The notes under the pieces are model-generated. The model was not told the DNA's origin, did no database searches, and saw nothing but the letters and a program-made list of their open reading frames with translations. A DNA stretch of 24,266 bases from a virus (Duplodnaviria; Caudoviricetes), in the IMG/VR virus record IMGVR_UViG_3300042402_005088, positions 1-24,266 of that record; one strand, 5' to 3'. Shown here in pieces: positions 1-6,823 of the stretch (positions within the stretch are counted from its first letter, which is position 1; each line of letters starts with the position of its first letter). The position numbers and the translations under genes are program-made.

Positions 1-3000
1 GCTCCTGCCGTGCCGCCTCGGCCTGCCGCACCAGTTCGGCCTGCTGGGTGTCGCCACCCGCGGCGAGGCGGCGGATGGACAGCGACACGTCGGACTGGCG
101 CAGGGTTTCGGTGCGCTGCGCTTCCAACGCCGCGATTGCCTTGGCGCGTGCCTCGGTGAGGCCGGTTTCGGCAACGCCGTATTGCTGGGCCGATTTGGTA
201 ACGGCGTCGAAATTGTCGTTCACCGCCTGCATTTGGGCGGTGAACGCGGGGATCGCGTCGGTCGTCAGCCCCTTGATCGTGTCCTGGATGCGGATGAAGG
301 ACTCAACGAACTGTTGCAGCCCTTCCACGCCTTGGAAGTTCCGCTGCCGGAGTTGCTCGTCAAGATTCGTGTTGTCCATCGCGGCGAAGCGGAGGCGGCT
401 GAAGCCCTCGCCGATGGTGCCAGCGTCCGCCCAGGAATAGTCAGGGCCGTTCTTGTTGCCGCCGATGACCGAGGCGCCGGCCACGCGGAGATTGCGCGTG
501 TTCAGGTATTCGTTGGTGGCGGCGACTTGCTGTTCTGCCGCCATGAAGGCGGCCTTGCCCTCTTCGTTGTAATATTCATAGGAGATCGGCTTCAGGGCGG
601 TGCCGAAGTCGTTGGTTCCGCCGACGGCTTCGTTGTAGGCGGTGGATTGGAAGCGCAGGCCGTAGCCGCGGACGGATTCGCCGGGGCCGAACAAGCCACC
701 GAGGCCGCCGCCAGCAGCGCCGCCGATCAGGCCGCCGATCAGCGTGCCGACGCCGGGGATCAGGCTTCCGATGATGGCGCCGCCGAGGGCGCCGACACCC
801 GAGCCAACCATACCCCCGGTCTGATTCCCGCCAAGCAGGTTGTTCAGCAGCATGCCAGCGCCGAAGCCCGCACCAGCGCCGCCCAAGACGCCGCCGAGCG
901 TGACGCTGCTGGGGGCCATATAGCCCGCCGCGCCCATGGCGATAGACGGTTCAATTGCGACTGCCGGGCCCGCCCAAAGCGGAGTCGAAAGCAACCCGCC
1001 GCTGCCTGTCAGGCCGATAGAGTCCAATATGGAACGGCCGCCAAAAAGCTGACCAACCCCTAGTAGATCGCCAATACCGCCGCTGCCTCCGAATGCGCCA
1101 GAGAGCGTCTCACGCGGCCCCCTGGAGCCGACGAACAGACTGTTGAGCGCCGGGTTGATCAGCGCCAGCTTAGCGAAATCCGAGACAACCGACACGGCAA
1201 TGCCGCGCGCAACGGTCGCGAAGCTGACGGCCGACGCTTCGCCACGTGTGAACGCATCCACGATGGCATCGCCGACCCGATCGAAGGCGCGTTCGCCAAT
1301 CGCCACCACCGCGTTCCAGCTGCGTTCAGTAAAGTCCTTCGCCCGCTTGGCGGCTTCCTCAGCTTCCTTGTTCGCCTTCTTCAGGTCATCCAGCTTGCGC
1401 ACGCTGGCGCCGATGGCTTCGGCCGCGCGCTTTTCCGCTTCGGTGCGCTTGTCGATATCGGGGATGCCGGCGGCGCGGATTTGGTTTTCGGTTTCGAGCG
1501 CAATGGCGGATTCGCGGCTGGCCTCGGTGCCGGCCAGGGTGCCGGCCAGGGCTTCCTCGGCGGCGCGCACCTGGAGGTTGAGCTTGTCGATGACGTCCTG
1601 GCGCTTTTCCGCGGACTTGGCGGCTTCAACGCCAGCCTTGCCTTCTTCCTCCGCCAGCTTCTTCAGCGCCTCGGCCTGCTCGCGCAGCACGCCGGCACGG
1701 GCTGCGGCGGCATCAAAGCGAGCGCCGGGCACGCCGGGGCTGCCTTGCAGCACGGAAACGCCGGCCGCCTCGGCCTCATCGATCTTGCGCAGTTTCTCGG
1801 CGGTCTCGCGCTGGATCTTCAGCCGCTTGTCTGCGGCTTCCGCCACATCTCGCACTTCAGACGACAGGCGGGTGCGGCGGCTTTCGCTGGCCTGCCGGGC
1901 CGCGTCCTCGGCTTCGGCACGTTGGGATTCGCGATCCTGCCGGCGGATATCCTGCTGCCGGGCCAGGGCCTCGCGCAGTTCCTGGTCCGCGATCTCCATG
2001 GCTTGGCGCAGCCCCGGGGAAACGTCGCCGTAGGCGCTGGCAGCGCGCTCGGCGGCGACCTGCGCGGCCACCTGCTGCTGCCGGCGCTGTGCGGCGACCA
2101 CGCCTTGGTCGGCGGCCTCGCGTTCATTCGGGGCGATCAGGCGGCCAGCAGCACCCAGAGCAGAAGCCCCGGCTTGCATGTAGCGGGCGAAGGTCTGCGA
2201 CAGGCCGGTGATGCGATCCAGCCGCGCGCCGAAGTCTTCCGTGGCGGCTATCAGAATATCCTTCGCCCGGCCCATCGTGACGGGCATCCGGCTGAATTCC
2301 TCGCCCATCTTCTCCGAGGCGCGGAGCAGGGCGGGGAAGACCTTCTCGGCGGTGAGCTGGCCCTCGCTGCCCATCTTGCGTAGCTCGCCGAGACCCACGC
2401 CGAGTTCGCGCGCCAGCGCCTGGGCGAGTTGCGGCATGTTCTCCAGGAGCGAGCGCAATTCGTCGCCCTGTAGCGTGCCGCTGGCCAGCGCCTGGCCCAG
2501 CTGCTGCACCGCGGCACCGGTTTCCTGCGCGCTGGCACCGGCCACGATGCCAGCTTTCTGGATGCCGGAGACCAGCTTCAACACCTGATCGCTAGTGGCG
2601 CCCACCTCTTTCGCGGCCACAGAGAAACGAGCGAAGCTGCCGGCGCTTTCGGCCACCGCCACGCCGGTTTGCTGGCTCAGCGCGAACAGCCGCTCATACA
2701 CCGCCTGCGCCTGTCCCAGCCCGCCGGTGGCGCTGCTGAGGCGGGCCAAGGTGGCGGTAGCGGTATCGCCGGCCTTGGCGATGGCCACGGCTCCCACCGT
2801 TGCCGCCGCGCCGAGGGCGAGGAACCCCGCCGTCAAGCCAGAAGCCACACCAGCAACGCCGGTGAAGGTGCTGCCGATACGGCCGAGCGAGCCGCCCATG
2901 CCCACGAAGGCGCGGTTGGCCACATCGCTGGCAACGGCCAGGCGCTGCATCTCCGGCGCCGCCGCGGCCGAGGCAACGGCGACACGGCGCATCGCCGCCT

Positions 3001-3094
3001 CACCAGCCGGGCCAATTGCCTCGATCTGGCGGCGTGCCTGCTCGGCGCCTTCGGCCGAAATGCGGATGCCCACAGAGGGGCGCGAACCGCTCAT
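1..3094 (-). CDS. Tail tape measure protein, 3' end runs off the window
   Basis: Not in the ORF track, presumably because no stop lies in the window. ATG at 3094 with AGGAGG RBS; manual translation MSGSRPSVGIRISAEG...LGQALASGTLQGDELRSLLENMPQLAQALARELGVGLGELRKMGSEGQLT is the classic tape-measure N-terminal domain; Ala/Gly-rich, >1000 aa, downstream of tail genes. Confidence 0.93.
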   Translation of the reverse strand, partial: MSGSRPSVGIRISAEGAEQARRQIEAIGPAGEAAMRRVAVASAAAAPEMQRLAVASDVANRAFVGMGGSLGRIGSTFTGVAGVASGLTAGFLALGAAATVGAVAIAKAGDTATATLARLSSATGGLGQAQAVYERLFALSQQTGVAVAESAGSFARFSVAAKEVGATSDQVLKLVSGIQKAGIVAGASAQETGAAVQQLGQALASGTLQGDELRSLLENMPQLAQALARELGVGLGELRKMGSEGQLTAEKVFPALLRASEKMGEEFSRMPVTMGRAKDILIAATEDFGARLDRITGLSQTFARYMQAGASALGAAGRLIAPNEREAADQGVVAAQRRQQQVAAQVAAERAASAYGDVSPGLRQAMEIADQELREALARQQDIRRQDRESQRAEAEDAARQASESRRTRLSSEVRDVAEAADKRLKIQRETAEKLRKIDEAEAAGVSVLQGSPGVPGARFDAAAARAGVLREQAEALKKLAEEEGKAGVEAAKSAEKRQDVIDKLNLQVRAAEEALAGTLAGTEASRESAIALETENQIRAAGIPDIDKRTEAEKRAAEAIGASVRKLDDLKKANKEAEEAAKRAKDFTERSWNAVVAIGERAFDRVGDAIVDAFTRGEASAVSFATVARGIAVSVVSDFAKLALINPALNSLFVGSRGPRETLSGAFGGSGGIGDLLGVGQLFGGRSILDSIGLTGSGGLLSTPLWAGPAVAIEPSIAMGAAGYMAPSSVTLGGVLGGAGAGFGAGMLLNNLLGGNQTGGMVGSGVGALGGAIIGSLIPGVGTLIGGLIGGAAGGGLGGLFGPGESVRGYGLRFQSTAYNEAVGGTNDFGTALKPISYEYYNEEGKAAFMAAEQQVAATNEYLNTRNLRVAGASVIGGNKNGPDYSWADAGTIGEGFSRLRFAAMDNTNLDEQLRQRNFQGVEGLQQFVESFIRIQDTIKGLTTDAIPAFTAQMQAVNDNFDAVTKSAQQYGVAETGLTEARAKAIAALEAQRTETLRQSDVSLSIRRLAAGGDTQQAELVRQAEAARQE

Positions 3095-3160
3095 GGTGTA
3101 GCCTCCTCTGGCTAGTGGATTGCGCATGCGTTACGGTCACAGCCCTTTGGGGAGGGTGCG

Positions 3161-3541
3161 ATGCGGGCAGGCGTTGTTGTGGTGGTGGCGCTGTTGGCAG
3201 GGTGCGCCACAGCGGTTTTGCAATCGGATGATCCGCGGCGCGCGGTAGTGCTGGCGCCTTATCTCCGCGTAATCCCACCCTTCGGGCAGGTTCACATACC
3301 GGAAGGGACAGTTTTGTATCCGGCCACCGTGGATGGGCAGCCGTCTTGGTGCTCCACTGCGCCGGTCTATTTTGTGCCTGGTGAGGCCCGCCCGCTATGC
3401 TTGTTTGATCCGAGCGGCGGAAGCCAGACCGAGGGATGGTTCAAGACTGCGTATGTCGCCGGTTCATTGGCAAGCTTACGGTATGATGTCGATGTCCCAT
3501 ATCGAGTGGGACAGCGGCCGGCGCTGCCTCCTCGGCAATAA
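3161..3541 (+). CDS. Predicted lipoprotein, moron-like (possible superinfection exclusion)
   Basis: MRAGVVVVVALLAGC: short hydrophobic signal peptide with LAGC lipobox; GGAGG upstream; opposite strand to the phage late operon; lower GC than flanks. Function is inference. Confidence 0.75.
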   Translation: MRAGVVVVVALLAGCATAVLQSDDPRRAVVLAPYLRVIPPFGQVHIPEGTVLYPATVDGQPSWCSTAPVYFVPGEARPLCLFDPSGGSQTEGWFKTAYVAGSLASLRYDVDVPYRVGQRPALPPRQ

Positions 3542-3564
3542 GGGCGGCGCTTCGGCGCCGCCCT
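3541..3564. terminator. Perfect 10-bp hairpin between convergent units; probable terminator or RNA 3' end
   Basis: AGGGCGGCGC-TTCG-GCGCCGCCCT directly after the lipoprotein stop and at the distal end of the GGY-NN array. U-tracts are weak on both strands. Confidence 0.65.
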
Positions 3565-3573
3565 GCTAACTTA

Positions 3574-3753
3574 GCCTGCCGTGCCCGGCCCAGCCTAGCC
3601 GAGCCATGCCCAACCTGGCCTCGCCATGCCTGCCAGACCACGCCTGGCCTCGCCGAGCCGTGCCCCGCCCCGCCATGCCTCACCTTGCCTGCCACGCCTC
3701 GCCTTGCCTAGCCAAGCCGTGCCTAGCCTCGCCATGCCTGCCCTGCCATGTCC
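3574..3753 (-). ncRNA. GGY-NN pentamer array; putative guide-RNA array of three complete units (VIPR-like)
   Basis: Minus strand parses as 36 GGY triplets (33 GGC, 3 GGT) separated by variable dinucleotides. Phase breaks GGC-A-GGC occur at 3736-3742, 3687-3693, 3628-3634 and 3574-3580. The array begins just after the stop codon at 3760. The repeat is certain; RNA function is inferred. Confidence 0.8.
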
Positions 3754-3759
3754 TTGCAA

Positions 3760-4227
3760 TCAGCGGCGGGCTGCCGCGATCGCCTCCGTCACCGCCGAGA
3801 ATTCGGCGAACTCGCCGTACTTCGACAGCCACACTTCCAGATCGGTCCAGCCTTGCCGGATGACCTGACCGCGTAGTTCCTTCTCGCCCAACACGACATG
3901 CCGGGCTTCGTATCCAAGGCCCACATCCGGCCTTTCGACCGAGACGAAGGCTCGCTTCGGCTCCGACACGCCGCGAGGTGCGACCTTCACCACGATGGCG
4001 CCGACGAGTTGCCGCGCCTGCGCTTCCCGGTGCCGTTCCGCCGCGATGCTGTCGTCCCACTCGAAGGCGCGGTGCAGCACCGAGGTATCCGGCCGGGCTG
4101 CATCCACCACCATGGCCGGGGTGAGGGAGCCGTTGGCACGTTGCCGCAGCAGTTCGATAGTCTCGCCGGCCTGCTGGGCGTTGATGCAAAACCGGGCACC
4201 AGACTTGAACTCGTAACGGAAGCTCAT
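3760..4227 (-). CDS. Conserved phage hypothetical protein (155 aa), partner gene between the Cas7/RAMP-like gene and the array
   Basis: ATG at 4227 overlaps the upstream stop (ATGA) with GGAGG upstream; motif LTPAMVVDAARP...LHRAFEWDDSIAAERHREAQARQLV recognised as a recurring phage family of unknown function. Confidence 0.8.
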   Translation of the reverse strand: MSFRYEFKSGARFCINAQQAGETIELLRQRANGSLTPAMVVDAARPDTSVLHRAFEWDDSIAAERHREAQARQLVGAIVVKVAPRGVSEPKRAFVSVERPDVGLGYEARHVVLGEKELRGQVIRQGWTDLEVWLSKYGEFAEFSAVTEAIAAARR

Positions 4228-4820
4228 GCGCCCTCGCCCTCCGTGGCGACATGGAACATGCCGTAGCTGCCGTCGCGCTCCGGCCGCCACTCCCCGACGC
4301 CAACACCGAAGCCGGCGCTGTTGAACAGGTGCACGATCTGCTCGGCGGAGAGCGCCCCGGCGTTGAACCGGATGGAGAGGTCCACCGACCATTCGGTGAA
4401 TTGGCCGCGGTGACGAATGTCCGCGCCGCCCATGGCGATCTTGACCATGTCCTCCCGCGGCGAGGGCGTGCCGTTGATGCGGGCCAACTCGCCGGGGATG
4501 TGGAAGGCGCCACGCGCTTCCGTCATTCTCAGGCCATCCACGAAGCGGCAGGCGGACACGGCCGCCGCCTTGAATGCGACGGTGGGAAAGCCGTAGCCGC
4601 GGCCGTCCGGCATCGGGTAGAGCGAGGCCTCGTAGTCGGCTTGCGGGTCCTTCGCCTCCCTCGCCGCCTTGGCCCGTTTCATCTGCTTGTCCAGCATCTG
4701 CTTCTTCGCCTTCTCGCTCCAGGCGTGGCAGATCAGCGGGCTGTCACCAACGAGACGCAGGCCCATCACGCGAAGGTCAAGGGGCGGCAGCTGGATTGCC
4801 TGGGTGGGTGACTTGCTCAT
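4224..4820 (-). CDS. Cas7/RAMP-like RNA-binding protein (198 aa), Vipr-like
   Basis: ATG at 4820 with AGGAGG RBS. RAMP-like hallmarks in order: N-terminal strand LRLVGDSPLICH, GFPTVAFKAAAVSA helix, RHRGQFTEWSVDLSIRF strand, and a C-terminal Gly-rich loop AGFGVGVGEWRPERDGSYGMF. Confidence 0.8.
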   Translation of the reverse strand: MSKSPTQAIQLPPLDLRVMGLRLVGDSPLICHAWSEKAKKQMLDKQMKRAKAAREAKDPQADYEASLYPMPDGRGYGFPTVAFKAAAVSACRFVDGLRMTEARGAFHIPGELARINGTPSPREDMVKIAMGGADIRHRGQFTEWSVDLSIRFNAGALSAEQIVHLFNSAGFGVGVGEWRPERDGSYGMFHVATEGEGA

Positions 4821-5089
4821 CACACCACCTCCTGCGCAGCGGCGATCCGGTTGAGGTCGCCCAGGATGCCGCGCGCAAGCCGGGCATCCGTGGATGGCGC
4901 ATGACGATGCCATGGCATACCCATGATGCTGTCCAGGCTCTCCTCGTCCGTGGCGTCAATCTGCCCATAGGTCCAGCGCAGCGCCCGGACTTTCACCAGT
5001 ATGCCTTCCATCGTCACAGGCGCGTGTTTCTCGATTTGCCGAACCACGGCGCTGGTTCGGTCCATGGCGGCGCTGGCGGCCTCGGACAT
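4820..5089 (-). CDS. Hypothetical protein (89 aa), possibly N-terminally truncated
   Basis: MSEAASAAMDR...PVTMEGILVKVRALRW...; its stop overlaps the next start (TGATG). No clear RBS, and the upstream sequence belongs to an opposite-strand gene remnant. Confidence 0.55.
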   Translation of the reverse strand: MSEAASAAMDRTSAVVRQIEKHAPVTMEGILVKVRALRWTYGQIDATDEESLDSIMGMPWHRHAPSTDARLARGILGDLNRIAAAQEVV

Positions 5090-5100
5090 CGCGTCGTCGC

Positions 5101-5202
5101 GCGTGGCGTCGGCTGCAACCCGACATCCCCACCCGCGCCGAAGCCATCCGCCGCTTGATCGAACTCGGCCTGGAAGCCTCCAAGGCAAAGCCCACGTCCT
5201 AG
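5101..5202 (+). pseudogene. C-terminal remnant of a ribbon-helix-helix (CopG/Arc-like) regulator
   Basis: Manual translation AWRRLQPDIPTRAEAIRRLIELGLEASKAKPTS*; no in-frame ATG/GTG/TTG between the upstream stop at 4924 and the motif; its TAG overlaps the convergent gene's TAG (CTAG, 5199-5202). Confidence 0.65.
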
Positions 5203-5945
5203 CGCCCGCTCGCCAACTCCCGCACCGCAGCGGCGGCGAACCAACCCGGCGCCTGTGCGCGCACCTGATCGACGTTGAGCCGCTTTCGCAGGCTGACCTG
5301 CCGGGCCAGGAAGAACATCGGCACAAAGCCCTTGGCCAGGATCTCCCGGCGGCGCTGTGCGGCGCCCTTGCCGCGCGCGGTGCCGATTTCCGTCGCGGTG
5401 CCCACAAACAGCCGCAGCCGGTTGCGGGTGCGCTTCGTCACGCCATAGGCCCCGGCCACGCGCAGGCACCAAAGGCGCAGGCGGGGGTTGGATTTGCTGG
5501 GGATGATGAACGCCTCCCCGCGCTTGCCGGCGGCGATCATCTGTTGCGGGGTGATGCGAAGGCCACCGCGCCGGCCGGCGCCGCGGCGGCCACCGACGGC
5601 GTTGTAGCCGGTGGGGAAGGCCAGATACTTGCCGCCCTTGGCCGTGATCGTGGCGCCCTGGTCGAACGCCGTCACCACATCAGGCATTCGGCTATACACC
5701 AGCGCGGCAGGCTTCAGCGTGCGCGGAGCACGGCCTGGCGGGGGATAGACGGCTAGGCGCCAGCTGTTCGCAACCGCTTTGCCGCCATCCCTGAAACCGG
5801 CAGCGCGGGCTTGGTTCCGCAGGGCGGCCTGGGTAAGCCGACCGGCGGTCGAAACTGCCCGGCGCATGCCGGCGGCCACGCGCACCAGTTCCTGATCCAG
5901 CGCCTTGGAGAGATTGCCGGTGACGGTCGCCTTGAGGAGGGTCAT
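5199..5945 (-). CDS. Phage neck/tail completion-type protein, DUF6441-like (248 aa)
   Basis: ATG at 5945 overlaps the upstream stop; basic protein with ANSWRLAVYP, AALVYSRMP, AFDQGATI, YLAFPT and VPMFFLARQVSLRKRL motifs typical of this alphaproteobacterial phage family. Confidence 0.75.
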   Translation of the reverse strand: MTLLKATVTGNLSKALDQELVRVAAGMRRAVSTAGRLTQAALRNQARAAGFRDGGKAVANSWRLAVYPPPGRAPRTLKPAALVYSRMPDVVTAFDQGATITAKGGKYLAFPTGYNAVGGRRGAGRRGGLRITPQQMIAAGKRGEAFIIPSKSNPRLRLWCLRVAGAYGVTKRTRNRLRLFVGTATEIGTARGKGAAQRRREILAKGFVPMFFLARQVSLRKRLNVDQVRAQAPGWFAAAAVRELASGR

Positions 5946-6265
5946 CAGCGCACCTGTCGTTCGGTTTCCCGCCATCCGGCGTCGATGCCCGCCAGCGTGG
6001 CGAACGCATCCACAATCCAGGCCGCCTGGTCGTTGAGGCTGCCACCGTCCGGCCAATGGGCCACCCCTGCCTCGCCGCGGCACGCCGCCCAGAGGCGGAC
6101 GAAATCGTGCCAGGGGCGCGGCACGGCCAACCGGGGGTTGTCGCCCTTCCAGGGCTCGGCCGCGGCCCCGGCGGGCACCAGCCAATCAGACCCATCAAAG
6201 GGCCTCAGCCCTCCTGCGTAGGCGCCGGGCTCTCGGGCGACGGCGAGGGCGCCTCGGAGTTTCCC
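5945..6265 (-). CDS. Tail assembly chaperone T segment, reached by -1 frameshift from the upstream gene (gpGT-like)
   Basis: Open -1 frame from the slippery heptamer GGGAAAC (6265-6259): GKLRGALAV...NPRL...WPDGGSLNDQAAWIVDAF; no good start codon of its own after the shift site. Confidence 0.7.
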   Translation of the reverse strand, partial: GKLRGALAVAREPGAYAGGLRPFDGSDWLVPAGAAAEPWKGDNPRLAVPRPWHDFVRLWAACRGEAGVAHWPDGGSLNDQAAWIVDAFATLAGIDAGWRETERQVR

Positions 6266-6810
6266 GCCGCGTCCGGGCCGAGCCAGATCAGCACCTGCGC
6301 ACGCGTGGCCAGGGCCTCCAGTTCGGCCGCCGGAATGGCGTCCAGTAGTTCCGCCGGAACGCGGCTGTCGCGCCCGCGCACCAGGGGCGGCAGGCCGGGC
6401 CCGGACCATTCACGCAGGGCGAATTGGAGCGTGATGAACGGGCTCATCTCGTTGTAGCGCAGACGGGCTTCCAGCAACTCGGCATAGGCGGGCTCCTGCC
6501 GCGCCACGCGCTCCAGCACCGCCAGCCGCGCCTGTGCGGCCTTGTCGTCTGGCGCCGCCTCGGCTGCGTCCACCGCAGCCAGGGCTTCGTGCAGGTTGGC
6601 CGGCGCCAGTTCCTCCAGGACCTGCCGCAGCACGCCGAACATGACGGCCTGGTCCGGGGGATCGCCGCCCTCCGCACGGATCTGCCGCCGCATCGCGTTC
6701 CGCTCCCGGTAGCTGAGCGGGCTCAGCACGTAGGAGCGAGGCGACTTCGGCGGCGTGTACGTGAGCGTATCCTGCACCGAGAATACGGGTTCGGAAGGGG
6801 CGATGTCCAA
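6205..6810 (-). CDS. Tail assembly chaperone (gpG-like, about 201 aa)
   Basis: Immediately downstream of the tail tube gene; TTG start at 6810 with GGAGG 6 nt upstream; ends in a low-complexity tail (AGNSEAPSPSPESPAPTQEG) after the slippery site. Confidence 0.75.
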   Translation of the reverse strand: MDIAPSEPVFSVQDTLTYTPPKSPRSYVLSPLSYRERNAMRRQIRAEGGDPPDQAVMFGVLRQVLEELAPANLHEALAAVDAAEAAPDDKAAQARLAVLERVARQEPAYAELLEARLRYNEMSPFITLQFALREWSGPGLPPLVRGRDSRVPAELLDAIPAAELEALATRAQVLIWLGPDAAGNSEAPSPSPESPAPTQEG

Positions 6811-6823
6811 GCAGGACCTCCGT

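Noticed and set aside
48-3115. Long plus-strand ORFs over the TMP region
   Set aside because: Antisense shadows of the high-GC minus-strand TMP gene, with no recognisable motifs.
3574-3753. Array as a canonical CRISPR array or a simple microsatellite
   Set aside because: There are no 25-40 nt direct repeats with unique spacers. The constant part is only 3 nt, and the variable 2 nt are too diverse, with too regular junctions, for slippage repeats.
3441-3868. ORFs crossing the array (3441-3695 -, 3606-3863 +, 3626-3868 +, tail of 3680-4513 -)
   Set aside because: Low-complexity translations of a 5-nt period (ARHG/PCLA repeats) that overlap better-supported genes; a 5-nt period is not codon-compatible.
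4224-4913. Upstream-extended starts in the ORF track (4913 here; likewise 4392, 6185, 8845, 13727, 22849)
   Set aside because: Downstream starts have an RBS and/or stop-start overlaps; the extensions overlap neighbouring genes.
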